A stretch of DNA of 63,898 bases, filler included, from Octopus bimaculoides (GCF_001194135.2; 4 parts of 4 records of this genome joined end to end with filler, not necessarily neighbours in it), one strand, 5' to 3'. Positions 13,211 through 25,625 are shown, counted from the whole stretch's first letter. Notes: a model not told the origin generated them from the letters alone. Numbers and translations: made by a program.

Positions 13211-13500
13211 AAATACCCAAAGTTCCATGAGGCTCCGGCAGGGGATGGTGGCGAACCCTGCTGTACTCTTTCACCACAACTTTCTCTCACTCTTTCTTCC
13301 TGTTTCTGTTGTACCTGTATTTCAAAGGGTCAGCTTTGTCACACTGTGTCACGCTGAATATCCCCGAGAACTACGTTAAGAGTACACGTGTCTGTGGAGT
13401 GCTCAGCCACTTGCACGTTAATTTCATGAGCAGGTTGTTCCATTGATCGGATCAACTGGAACCCTCGACGTTGTAAGCGACGGAGTGCCAACAACAACAA
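13211..13500 (+). mobile_element. SINE family C, 3' part
   Basis: About 90% identical by eye to 61531-61790; ends in (CAA)n. Both copies start at scaffold breaks. Confidence 0.9.
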
Positions 13501-14009
13501 CCATTGATATATAAATTCTTCACTTCATTGAGGAAAACAGTGAAATAATTGAATCATCATTGTTTAATGTCAACTGTTTCATGCTTGAATGGGTCAAGTG
13601 GAATTTGTTGAGGCAGATTTTTGATGGCCGGACACAGCTTCTGCTACTAACCCTTATCCGTTTGTAACCCAGGTAATATTTTCTCCATAGCCAGACATGC
13701 TTTACATGGAAAACTGGGAACAAACACCTCTCTATCTTTCTATGACTGTAATGCTCATTTACAACAATCATGTGATGTCTAGATGAGGATACACATGAAC
13801 ACACACACACATACATATATTATCATCAACATTTAACATCCATTTCAATGCTGGTAGGGGTTGCACCAGTTTCCATAGTTTATTTGGCTTGGTTTCAACA
13901 GCCCATCCTAATGCCATCCACTTTACAGAGTGTACTAGATGCTCTTTTATGTGGCACTTTAGTTTTACGTTCTCAATTCTGTTGTGGTGGGTGGGTCATA
14001 TATATATAT

Positions 14010-14187
14010 CTGCACACAACAGGTTTTTTTCAGTTTCTGTCTACAAAATCAACTCAGAAAGCTTTGAATGGCCTGGGGCTGTAGTAAAAAAAACAAATGC
14101 TTGCCCAAGATGCCATGTAATGGGACTGAACCCAGGACCATGTGGTTGGGAAGCCAGCTTCTTAGCTACACTACCACACCTGTACCT
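14010..14187 (-). mobile_element. SINE family A, 5' half
   Basis: ttgcccaagatgcc...gggactgaaccc...tgtggttgggaag. Confidence 0.85.
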
Positions 14188-14544
14188 AAAACCATAAAAT
14201 AATATTATATCACCCCCCCCCCTTCTAAACAAAGCACAGAAAAGGATTATGCAAAAAAGTGTTCTGACAGATTACATCAACTTTTTGAAATTAGGATCAT
14301 CAATATAATTTATGCCTCTTGTAATATTGAACAAAAAAAAAAAAATACTGCAGTAGATGTATAAAACCTCTTTTTAGATTTTTATTCCTACACCATCATT
14401 GTTATCAGTTGACATCCCTTTGTCCATGCTAGTATGTGTTGGATGGTTTGACATGGAACCAAAGAAGACATTTGGGATTGGTGCAACGCTCTAGCTCAAC
14501 CACTTCAAAGTGTACTGGCTGCTTTTTAGAGGCCTCTGTGTGTG

Positions 14545-14930
14545 TATGTGTAGGCATGACTGTGTGGTAAGTAGGTTGCTTCCCAACCACATGGTTCCAG
14601 GTTCTGGGTCCAGACCCACTGCATTACATCTTGGGCAAATGTCTTCTACTATAACCTTCAGCTGACCAAAGCCTTGTGTGTGGATTTGGTAGATGGAAAC
14701 TGAAAGAAGCCCATCATATATATATGTGTGTGTATGTATGTATGTGTGTCTTTGTGTCTGTGTTTGTCCCCATCACCGCTTGACAACTGGTATTGGTTTG
14801 TTTACACCCCCATAACTTAGCAGTTCAGTGAAAGGAGTCCAATAGAATAAGTACCAAGCCTAAAAAAAAAATAATTACTGGTGTCATGCCCCAGCATGAC
14901 CACAGTCTAATGACTGAAACTGATAAAAGA
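14545..14930 (+). mobile_element. SINE family A, full length, CpG-decayed
   Basis: Same motifs with CG changed to TG/CA (gtagatggaaactgaaagaagcccatca). Confidence 0.9.
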
Positions 14931-14954
14931 TATATATTTGCATGTGTGTATGTG

Positions 14955-16612
14955 TTGGGTTGTCCAGAAAGTTCATGCTGATTTTTAAAGGAAAGAAAAA
15001 GGTCAATAAATACTTGCCATTACATTTTTAATCAACCAAATATGAACCATTTTGTTGCATAGTGCGTTTCCATCTTTCCTTTAACTTGAAAATACCCTCT
15101 TCCGAGAATTGAGGTGGTTTCATGGCAAAGAATTCATCAAGGTATCTTTTTACGTCACTCAAGGAATTGAAATTTTTACCATTAAGACTATTCTGCAGAG
15201 ACTTGAATAAGTGGAAATCCGAAGGAGCAATATCTGGTGAATATGGAGGGTGGGGTAACACATCCCAGCTGAGATGCAGCAATTTTTGTTTGGTTCCCAA
15301 AGAAACGTGCAGTCTTGCATTATCATGTTGGAAAACAACACCCTTCCTGTTGGCCAATTCTGGACGTTTCTCTTGGATTGCTACTTTTAACTCGTCCAGT
15401 TGTGTGCAGTATTTCTAAGAATTAATTGTCTGGTTACTTGGGAGAAGCTCATAGTACAGTATTCCTTTCCAATCCCACCAGACACAAAGCAAGACTTTTT
15501 TAAGGTGAAGACCCGCTTTTGGGGTGGCTAAGGGTGGCTCATGTCGCTTACTCCAGGATGGCTTTCTCTGAACATTTCGGTAGATAATCCATTTCTTATC
15601 ACCTGTCACAATTTGCTTTAAAAAAGGTATGTTTTCATTTCTTTTATGAAGCAAATCACAGATGGAAAGCGATCCAAATGGTTCTTCTCACTCAACTCAT
15701 GTGGTACCCAAACATTGTAGTGATTTGTGTACCCAAGCTTTACCAGGTGCTCATGAACGACAGATTTTTATAGGTTGAGGCTTTCTGTCAGTTCTCAGGT
15801 TGTGCAATGTGGGTTATTCTCAATTAATGACTTGATTTGGTCATCATCTGTAGTGGATGGTCTGCCTAATTGCTCTTTATCAATAAGGCTACAATCTCCA
15901 GCTCGGAACCTTGCAAACCACTTCCGTACAGTTCTTTCGGTTAAAGAAACATCACCGTAAACTGTGCATATTTCTTTGGCTGCTTGTGAGGCATTTTTCC
16001 CTTTACGGAAAAAGAAAAGCATCAAGTGTCGAAAATGAACTTTCTTATCTTCCATTTTAAAGGGTTACAGAATTAACACAGGTTATAGGAACAGAAACCT
16101 TCTTCCACGAAAAGATAGCTTAAACTATGCTCTAAATGGAGGTGTAGTCAAATCCTATTTTATGGACTCAACCATGTTCTAAAATAAGTCGAAAGGNNNN
16201 NNNNNNTTGATTTGGTCATCATCTGTAGTGGATGGTCTGCCTAATTGCTCTTTATCAATAAGGCTACAATCTCCAGCTCGGAACCTTGCAAACCACTTCC
16301 GTACAGTTCTTTCGGTTAAAGAAACATCACCGTAAACTGTGCATATTTCTTTGGCTGCTTGTGAGGCATTTTTCCCTTTACGGAAAAAGAAAAGCATCAA
16401 GTGTCGAAAATGAACTTTCTTATCTTCCATTTTAAAGGGTTACAGAATTAACACAGGTTATAGGAACAGAAACCTTCTTCCACGAAAAGATAGCTTAAAC
16501 TATGCTCTAAATGGAGGTGTAGTCAAATCCTATTTTATGGACTCAACCATGTTCTAAAATAAGTCGAAAGGTAAACTACTATAAATCGGCACAAACTTTC
16601 CGGACAACCCAA
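14955..16612 (-). mobile_element. Full-length decayed mariner (D,D34D) DNA transposon
   Basis: TIRs ttgggttgtccagaaagttcatgctgattt and aaatcggcacaaactttccggacaacccaa. TA follows at 16613-16614; the left TA reads TG. The 5' part is duplicated across the 10-N gap at 16197-16206 (assembly artefact). Confidence 0.95.
15028..16055 (-). pseudogene. Mariner transposase pseudogene
   Basis: Three fragments broken by stops/frameshifts: HTH (MEDKKVHFRH...TVRKWFARFRAGD), IVTGDKKW...KKVLLCVWWD, and HDNAR...HPPYSPDIAPSDFHLF. Confidence 0.95.
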
Positions 16613-17030
16613 TATTTGTTTTCTGCTGTTGCACAATGTCACCTTCATACAAGCAATGTCATCTACTTCCAACCTTACATGAAAACATATCCAGCCATGG
16701 TGAAATATCACCTTGCTTGGAAAACAAGTGAGGGTTGGTGACAGGAAGAGCATCCATCCATAAGAAATGTGCCTTAATAACTTACATCTGACCTATGCAA
16801 GCACAGAAAAGTAAATGTTAAAAAACAATGATGATTATGTAAACCAAAATTTGTTTCAAGAATTTCTCAGTTACTACAAACAAACCACCTGTAACTGTTT
16901 TCTACAACATATTTGTAGTATAATCTTTCTAAGAGATAGACTAATCAACTAGGTTATATGTATTCAAATTATTTCAACAAAAAGACTCATGCCACAACAG
17001 GATTGAGATCCTCAAACTAAGGTACAACAT

Positions 17031-17186
17031 AAAAAGCACTGGTTCTGGTGTCACTTAAAAGGCACTGGTGATGGTACCACACAAAAAGCACTGGTTCTGG
17101 TGCTACATAAAAGGTACTGGTGATGGTGCCATGTAAAAAGCATTGGTTCTGGTGCCACTTAAAAGGCACTGGTGATGGTGTCACGT
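17031..17186 (+). repeat. 26-bp minisatellite x6 with strict A/B alternation
   Basis: AAAAAG..CTGGTTCTGGTG units alternate with AAAAGG..CTGGTGATGGT units. Confidence 0.95.
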
Positions 17187-17509
17187 AAAAAGCACCCAGT
17201 ACGCTCTGCAGACTGGTTGAGTATTAGAAAGGGCATCCAGCCATAGAAACCAAGCCAAAGCAGTCTACAGGATTTGCTGTGACCCCTGGCCTTGCCAGTT
17301 CCTGTCAAGCTGTCCAACCCATGCTAGAATGGAAAACAGACATTAAATTTTGATGATGACTATTGTGATGTCTGATTCTCGATTGCAGTTCAAAAGCTCA
17401 GAATCTTGTTTTACCTAGGAAATATTCTTCAATATCATATTTCCTTTCATTAAGACAATTTAGAGCCTGAACCTATCAGTGTATGACTACTGGTATACAG
17501 ATGAAAAAG

Positions 17510-17750
17510 TGAGTGCAATGCTCACTTTCGAACTGAGAGTGTAAAGATGGATGAAATGTCACTAAGCATTTTGCCTGGTGTACTAATGATTCTGCCAGCT
17601 CGCTTGCCTTAATAATTATAATAATGGTTTCAAATTTTGGCACAACGCCAGCAATTTCAGGAGGAAGGGTTAAGTCAATTACATCAACTTCAGTGCTCAA
17701 CTGGTATGTATTTTATTCACCCCAAAAAGAAGAAAGGCAAAGTCGACTCA
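17510..17750 (-). mobile_element. SINE family B fragments
   Basis: aatgattctgccagctcg and aaaggcaaagtcgac motifs. Confidence 0.8.
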
Positions 17751-18835
17751 TACATTTTTATTAACCTGGAACATTTGCCTTTACATATATATTACACACA
17801 ATAGAACAGCATTGAAGAGATATTGAATAGAATAAGTACAAGTTTTAATTGTATAATATGGTAAATACTAATACTTTTTAATTTTGGCACAAGGCCAGCA
17901 ATTTTGAGGGGTGGAAGAAGTCGAATACATTGACTTCAGTGCTCAACTAATACCTGTTCTTACAACCTCTAAAGGATGGAACAAATTAATTAGAAGGAAT
18001 GAGAATGCCTATCACAAAGCTGACTGACATAGCTTTGAGTAGCACCTCTGGGAGTTCAAAATCTTAGGTTTTTTTTTTATAACACCCAACAGAGTTTCAA
18101 GAATATTTGACCAGGCATTTTTGCAGGAATATTCCAGCTCATTTCATTACACACCAGCCAATTTGATTGACTGAGCCATTTTTAAGTAGACATTAATACC
18201 TTTTATGGTGACACATTTAATTTTTCAAAACTGGCCTCGCTTTTCATGGCAGTGTTGTGCTAAGCTGTAGTCCTGAGCTGGTGAACCTGAGCATGATGGT
18301 TCAAAACTCAGCAGGAATCTTGCTACAAGTTGAATGAACCTAAATTTTCAAACATGCATTTCATATCTATTACCATGTAGAGTCTACACAGACATAATAG
18401 AATTATATTTACCAGTAAATGCTAACCCTGGCAATTACTTTATACTTAGATGTCTTCTTGAATAAATTGCTTCCATGTCACTAATTATTTAGACTTATTT
18501 CCAATGGCATCAGCTATGCATCGTGGGGAATTAACCATAATTATTTTGATTCATTATCTGAGAGATATCGCACAGTTTACCATTATGGAATGTACAAAAC
18601 AGAAACCTAGTCTTAATCCCGGCAGCTTACATTTTCAGTTAGAATACTTGAGCTGTTACTATCTTTATTTATTTATTCATTCATACATTCAATCATTATT
18701 TTTCTGAAACATTCTCAAGAACATATTATTGTCTTATTTAATTGAATCTCAAGATATTATTAGAGTTGGATTTAATTGGAACTCGTACTACACTAATTAC
18801 TGTGGAGTGTATTTTCAACATAAGATATTAGATTT

Positions 18836-18937
18836 TTGTTGTTGTTTTTGCTTTGTTTTCGCTGTTGTTGTTTGTTTTTGTTTTATTTGTTGTTGTTTTT
18901 GCTTTGTCTTCGCTGTTGTTGTTTGTTTTTGTTTTAT
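18836..18937. repeat. 51-bp tandem duplication of T/G-rich low-complexity sequence
   Basis: Two near-identical units differing at one position. Confidence 0.85.
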
Positions 18938-19122
18938 TTCTACTACTCCATCCCCTTCTTTTGTTTCAGCTTCTATTCATGTTTTACTATATCCAGACAT
19001 TTCTTTCGACAGCTCTCTATGACTACTACTCCATAGTTTTTTTGTTTTTCTTTCTAAGCAATCTATCATTCTGATTGTACATTCCTGAACAATAATGGCT
19101 TCTGTTAAAGTTTAAAACCAGT

Positions 19123-19156
<34 letters not shown>

Positions 19157-20323
19157 AGAGACAGAGTTAGACAGATAGGGAATATCACAAAAATACATCT
19201 ATTTTTTCAATTTTGTTTTTAAATAAATTTTAAGCAATATTTCAATTTAAAAGGAAAAGAAAAAAATTTATATATCTTTCAATAATTCCAAAATAAAATT
19301 GGCAGTGGTGAAGATGTAGAGGATGAGAAACAATAAAATATCAAATAGTAAGATATTTTAATTACTTCTCTGAAGCTTCATATATCTCTGGCATTGGATA
19401 GCTTACAAGAAAATTGAAAATGTATGTTTACTGACACTCCAAATAGGCATGTTGTGAAAGAAAGGGAACTGTAGATGCTGGAATGGGAGAAGCAGATTTT
19501 TAGCACTGCTTTTACTTTCTACCTTTCTAGAGAAAGTATGTCAATGTTGTTTCTGTCTGAACCAATTCACCACAAAAATCTTTCCCTAATACAATTATTA
19601 TATCAGCTTTTATCAACTATTAGGATATTAGGGTGCAATCATAATAAATTGAATTGAAGTAGATTGAATTAAATTAAGATATGAAATTGAATTTTAAAAT
19701 TATCTCTACCAAGTGTTTGTGCCTGGGGGTTATAAAATAATAATAATAATAGTAACAACAACAATAATACAATAATAATAATATATTGTGCCCATGCACA
19801 ATGACACACAAAATATTAATTTTTTATTTATTCAGATTTAAAGTAATTTCTGTGAGTGGATACATACATGTATGTGTAAAATACAGGTATTTAATCAGGT
19901 ATCAATTTTGACAAAATAAACTGTGATAATTGGATTCTTTTCCTAAAATGTTTAATTTAGTTTAGTTTATTTGCCTCAGATCATGTCATGCTGAAGATTT
20001 CAAATAAGAATGAAATGGCCACTACACATGATTACCTTTGACTAGAAATTTTAAGATCTTTGTAATGAGTAAGCAAAAGAAAAAAAAAATTACATATGTA
20101 TATTCTATACATCTTCTTTGTTCTTCAGTTTAAAATTCAAATTTCTATTCCCACCAAGATTTATCAGAAATAATTATCTCCCTTAACAATAGCTCTCCAT
20201 CAAGGCACACCATGTGTTTGACATTTAAATTAACTAAAGCAATTGGAAATGAATTACTGCAAAGTCATTCAGTTTGCTTTTGATGTTGTACAACAGTTAA
20301 CATTGTAATTCTTCTCCTTCTAG

Positions 20324-20410
20324 GTCAGCAAAATGCATACCCAGATGGAACACCACCGGAATAATATTCAGAAACACCATACTGAAGAAATGAACAAAAT
20401 TATTGAAAAG
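20324..20410 (+). CDS. CEP112: Internal coding exon (phase 0/0) of a coiled-coil protein, CEP112-like
   Basis: Acceptor ttcttctccttctag| and donor AAG|gtaacc; 87 bp open: VSKMHTQMEHHRNNIQKHHTEEMNKIIEK. Aligns ungapped to human CEP112 VNKLKAESEKMKIELKKTHAAETEMTLEK (recalled from memory; 8/29 identical). Exon status is firmer than the gene name. Confidence 0.65.
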
Positions 20411-21029
20411 GTAACCATAGTTAGGCCAATGAATCAACTCCTCTTTTTCACTATAAATTTAGGAATTATGAAGCATTTTGAAGTTTTAGTTTCTCTTGCG
20501 TCCTTGAGTACATTAGGGAGCAAGCAAGCTGACGCCATTGGTTTCTGTTGGCTATGGTTTTAATCTACATCAAGTCATGTGATATTGGCCTCTCTCATAT
20601 CATTTATGAATGTTCTGCACCATGTAATTTCTTTTTCCCTTTGGTGGTGTCCATTTAAAAGCTGTTTTAGAATGGCTTTGTTTTGGTAGCCAGAGTATGT
20701 GACCTGCTAGTTTTAATTTATGTTCTTTGATAATGTTTTCACTAAGAGGGCTTGTGTTGACTCATTGGTTATGTGCCCTTGCCAGTATGTTCTCAGAATC
20801 CTTCTCAAGCATTTCTGGTGGAACACATTCAGCTATCTGTTAATTTCCATGGTACTCTTGTGTGTCTCTCTGGCTTAGTTCATTGAACTATGCTATTGTT
20901 AGTGAGCATGCCTAAAATTATTTAAGCAAGACATCTTGGTTAAATTAAGAGTAACAATCATCATTTCATGTTAGCTTTCCATGCTGGCATGTGTTCTGTG
21001 GGTCTTGGAAGTCCTAGTTGGTTATTACA

Positions 21030-21480
21030 GGTGTGGTTATGTGACTGAGAAGCTTGCTTCCCACCATGTCTTGAGTTCAGTTCCACTGCAAGACACCTTG
21101 GGCATGAGTCTTCTACTATAGCCTCGGGTCAATGAAAGTCTTGTGAGTGGATTTGATAGACGGAAATTGAAAGAAGCCTGTCATGTATGTGTATGTATGT
21201 ATGTGTGTGTGTGTGTGTGTGTTTTTATGTGTGCTATTGTTTTGACATCATGTGAAGATTGTAAACAAGTATCACCATCACACAAGTAATGTTGTTTGTT
21301 TCTAGTCTTCCAATGAAAAACATGTCTGACAATGGGGAAATATCACCTTGCTTGGAAGTAGGTGAAGGTCAGCAATAGGAAGGGCATTGGGCTGTAAAAG
21401 CACTGCTTCAACAGATTCCATATGACCCAAGCAAGCATGGAAAATTGGATGTTAAACAATGAGAAGGATGATGATGTATG
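21030..21480 (+). mobile_element. SINE with family A head and RTE-type tail
   Basis: Family A head to the microsatellite, then ggaagggcat...gcaagcatggaaaattggatgttaaa-(GAT)n. Confidence 0.8.
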
Positions 21481-21939
21481 CCTTCTTTGATGGATCAGAG
21501 CAAAAGTCTCTCTCATAAGTTTCATTTTTGGCATGGTTTCTGCAGCTGGGTGCTGTTCCTGTCACCAACCACTTTACAGAGTGCACTGGAAGCATTTAAT
21601 CGTGGTATAATCCCTAAGGAAATTACTATACATAAAAGCATTACTGAAGGGCTTTATCAACCCTCGTGTCTCCACTTGCTGGCCGACTACTTTGCAGATT
21701 GTCCTGGATAGATTCTATACTGGCACCAACACTAGTGGGATTATTGTGTACCCCATAAGCTAAGACATGTTTGTTCAATCAGGGCTATGTAGCTGAGGAA
21801 GTGAATCGACGAGAGAAAGAGAGAGAGCAATAACAGAAATACCAGGATAGATGGACGAATGAAGGAGGCAAGAGTATGGAGTGAAAGGGATGAAGGAGGA
21901 GAGAATTCTGAATGGTATTTGTAATATGAAAATACATAT

Positions 21940-22345
21940 CTTTAATTATTTTACTTGTTTCGATCATTAGACTGCAGCCATGCTGGGGCATCACTTTGAA
22001 GAATTTTAGTTGAATGAATCGACCCCAGTACTTATTTTTTTAAGCCTGAAGTTTATTCTGTTGATGTCTTTTGCCGAAGTGCTAAGGTACAGGGAGGTAA
22101 ACATATCAAAACCAGTTGTCAAACGGTGGTTGGGGACAAACAGACACAAAGCCACACACACATAGCTATATACACACACACATACACACAAAGGTTTCTT
22201 TCAGTTCCCAAATCCACTCACAAGGCTTTGGTCAGCCTGAGGCTACATTAGAAGACATTTGCCCAAGGCGGCATGCTATGAGACTGAACTTGGCACCATA
22301 TGGTTGGGAAGCAAACTTCTTACAACACAGCCATGCCTGCACCTA
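21940..22345 (-). mobile_element. SINE family A
   Basis: gccatgctggggca...tcgaccccagtacttatt...ttgcccaaggcgg...tggttgggaagc. Confidence 0.9.
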
Positions 22346-22430
22346 TATATAATATTATATTAAGTAATAAGTAATTGAAAAAAATTATATAGTATTTAAA
22401 TGTTTTCACCAACACTTCTCTTCCTTTCAG

Positions 22431-22493
22431 ACCTCTTCAGAATTAAAGAATTTAGAGAAAGAATTCTCTACAAGGACTCAAATAACTAATACT
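22431..22493 (+). CDS. CEP112: Next internal coding exon (phase 0/0), CEP112-like
   Basis: Acceptor cttctcttcctttcag| and donor ACT|gtaagt; 63 bp: TSSELKNLEKEFSTRTQITNT. Continues in register with the recalled human segment ANSKLKQIEKEYTQKLAKSSQ (21 aa, 6 identical). Confidence 0.65.
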
Positions 22494-22727
22494 GTAAGTA
22501 AATTTTTTTTTTATTTTTTGCCTTTTACAAGTTTTTCATTGCACTGGAGCACCACCTGAAGTGTTTAGTTTAACAAATCGAATCCCAATACTTATTTTGT
22601 TAAGTCAGGTACTCATTCTACCAGTCACTGAAACTTACAAGGATGTAAACAAACCAACACAAAAGCACACACACATATGATGAGCTACCTCAGTTACTAC
22701 TACCAAATTCACTCACAAGGTATTCAC

Positions 22728-23710
22728 TCACAAAGTATTGCCTTTTGCATTTTTCAATGCAAGAAACCTATTAGGCAGGCTACTGATCAGATGACGAATA
22801 TTCTCTTGGGGAATTTCTTGCCAAGTTTCATGCAGTAATCTCAAAAGATCTGGTTTTGAGGATGCTTTGTTGTTCTTTTTATGAAGTGTCCTGCCCATTA
22901 TGCTCCAGAGGTGTTCAATAGGATTCACATCAGGGACTGGTTTGGCCATGGAAGCTTTTTAATGCCATTCTCATCCAACTAATCTTGAGTCTTTTTAGCT
23001 GTGTGACAAGGAGCCCCATCTTCCATAAATAAAGAGTCTTCTTTAAACATTTCACCACTGGGAGAAGACTGGCAGGAGTCCTTTCTGCAATATGGACACA
23101 TATTTATCTGAGTTTATGTTTCCCTCACACTCCATAGCTCTGATTGACCATTGCTCCCTAGACTATCACAGAATAGCCGCTGTGTTTCATTTTTGGCTGC
23201 AATCTTTTCATGTCAAATTCGTGATCACAATCTCCAAACCCACACTCGACCACTGGACTCATCAGAGAATATGACAGTGTCCCAAAATGCTAGTGGTTTC
23301 TCCACCATCTCACTGACCCAATCTTTTCTCTGCTTGATATTGGCTGATGGAAGAAGTGGCTTCCTTCTTGCTGCTCTGCCATAGTAGCCAAGTTTGTGGT
23401 GATATCTGACAGCTGTTTTGGGACTGACATCAACTGGTTCTGCTATGTCAGGGGTCTTGCAACGAGCATTATCCTCTACACTTCTCTTAACAAAGTGAAG
23501 GTTCCTGTCAGAGGGCCCTGGTCAACCTGGACAAGGTGATGTTGACTCCTTCCTCTCCCTGGTGAATTGCGCAATCACTCTATTAACTGAAGAAAGAGGG
23601 ATCTCAAGGTTTTCTGCAATTTTATGCTGACTTGGTTCACCTTCAGATTGACCCACAATACAGCCTCTTTGAAATTCGGTTAATTCCAAGGCTTCTTTTG
23701 TATGTGGCAT
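22728..23710 (-). pseudogene. Tc1-like transposase pseudogene
   Basis: N-terminal [20 protein letters not shown]...[16 protein letters not shown], then AARRKPLL, VIFSDES, EDGAPCH, and DVNPIEHLWSIM...IPQENIRHLISSLPNR. Several stops/frameshifts; no TIRs seen. Confidence 0.92.
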
Positions 23711-23764
23711 GATTAAACAGTCACATATGGAACCTGAAATATAAAAATGCAAATTAATAAAAAG

Positions 23765-23960
23765 TACACTACTGCTTGACAACAGGTGCTGGTTTGTCCT
23801 CATAACTTAAGCAGTTCAGCAAAAGTAATTGATAAAATATGTACCAGGCTTATAAAAAGTAAAAATGAGTATTAGAGTCAGTTAAATTCTTCAAGGTGGT
23901 GTCCCAGCATGGCCATTGTCTAATGGCTGAAAGTAGTAAAAGATAAACGAAAAAAAGATA
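23765..23960 (+). mobile_element. SINE family A, 3' half
   Basis: cttgacaac...aacttaagcagttcagcaaaa...ggtggtgtcccagcatggcc. Confidence 0.8.
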
Positions 23961-24186
23961 AAAGAAATATATTTAGCATCTGTTGTTACTGTTGTTGTTA
24001 AGCAATTTGGTTAACTCTGTTTAAGAATTTCAATGGCACTTTGGTATCCATTGAGTTGATAATAGGTAAACAAAGCACCAATCTATTATGTTTCATGCTT
24101 TAGTGATCTGTTGATGCAGTTGGTTGGTTGAGTGTTCTGCAGTGTAGCAATAGCAGTCAGGGTAGGTTCTCCCAGCCTGTTTTATT

Positions 24187-24232
<46 letters not shown>

Positions 24233-24269
24233 CTTATGTGAGTGAGAGAGAGAGAGAGAGAGAGAGTGT

Positions 24270-24720
24270 GTGTGTGTATTTGTTTCACTCATCAGACTAG
24301 CTATGCTGAAGTACTATTAAATGAATTGACCTCAGTACTTATTCCATATACACTTGTGGTTCACACAGACACACACATAAATATATAAAGCAGGCTTCTC
24401 AGTTTCTATCTACCAAATTCATTCATAAGGCTTTGGTCAGCCTAGGGCTATAGTATAAGACATGCTCAAGGTGTCACACTGTGGGACTAAACTTAAAAGC
24501 CTGTGGTTGTGAACACACACATATGCACATGCACACACACACACACACATATATATGACAGGTGACTGCACAGTTTCTATCCATCAAATTCACTCACAGG
24601 CTATTGGTCAGCCTGGGGCTATAGTAGAAGACTCATAACCTAGTTACCTCACATTGGGATTGAACTTGAAACTCCATGATTGTGAAGAAAACTTCTTAAC
24701 CACACAGCCATGCTTGTGTA
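24270..24720 (-). mobile_element. Two adjacent SINE family A copies
   Basis: Two ...caaattca.tca.a.ggct.t.ggtcagcct...gggctatagta.aaga segments. Confidence 0.8.
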
Positions 24721-25199
24721 TGTCTGTGTGAATGTTCACAATCTGTGCTTGGCTATGGCTATAAAAACATCATCATCATTTGCAACTCACTTACAAGCAG
24801 TATTTCACTGTTTGTCTTTGGGCTGGAACTCATGATGTTTGTTGACATTTTCTGTCAACGAATCACCTGATAGCTTTGTGATTTCAAGTTCCCCTGGAAT
24901 AAAAGAATCACTTTCTTGAAAAGAAAGTTGAGGGTTAGAGACAGAAAGAGCATTGAACTATAAAAATCCTGCCTCAAATACTTCACCCATCTTAGCCATG
25001 CTAGCCATGATGTTAAATAAATGAACAAGTGTCATGTGAAATTTGCAGGCTTTGGTATATTTTTTTCAATCAGGATATTTTTTTTAAAAGATGTAATTTG
25101 AGAGTGGGTACATCATTAACTATAATACTGATAATAATTGATGTAGTCATATGGTGAAATTAGGTATATCAGCCAGCCCACTTATACGTACCTTCCTTC

Positions 25200-25625
25200 A
25201 TTGGACACTAAACTCTGCTTGCAAAGACCTATTGGGGCAAGCGAAAGCGAAATCGTCATGGCACCTGTGCCCAGCATCACCTTCCTGGCACTTGTGCCGG
25301 ATGGCACGTGTAAAGACATTCGAGCAAGATCATTGCCAGTGCCGTCGAACTAGCTCCTGTGCAGGTGGCACGTAAAATGCACCATTTTGAGTGTGGCTGT
25401 TGCTAGTACCGCCTGACTGGCCTTTGTGCCAGTGGCACGTAAAAGCACCCACTACACTCTTAGAGTGGTTGGCGTTGGAAAGGGCATCCAGCTGTAGAAA
25501 CTCTGCCAAATCAGATTGGAGCCTGGTGTAGCCATCTGGTTCACCAGTCCTCAGTCAAATCGTCCAACCCATGCTAGCATGGAAAGCGGACGTTAAACGA
25601 CGACGATGATGATGATGATGATGAA
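25200..25625 (+). mobile_element. RTE-type 3'-end repeat (family D), young
   Basis: ggcacgtaaaa motifs; ggaaagggcatccagctgtagaaac...ccaacccatgctagcatggaaagcggacgttaaac-(GAT)n. Related copies at about 16620-16835, 17031-17365, 26700-26940, 27150-27390 and 29790-30190. Confidence 0.85.

Noticed and set aside
16207-16570. Apparent tandem duplication of the mariner 5' end with a second MEDKKVHFRH ORF
   Set aside because: It is an identical copy flanking a 10-N gap, i.e. unmerged contig overlap. The same pattern occurs at 57997-58006, 59663-59672 and around the 62686-62917 gap.
17031-17186. CRISPR-like regular repeats
   Set aside because: The units are directly adjacent with no unique spacers, the context is eukaryotic, and there are no cas genes.
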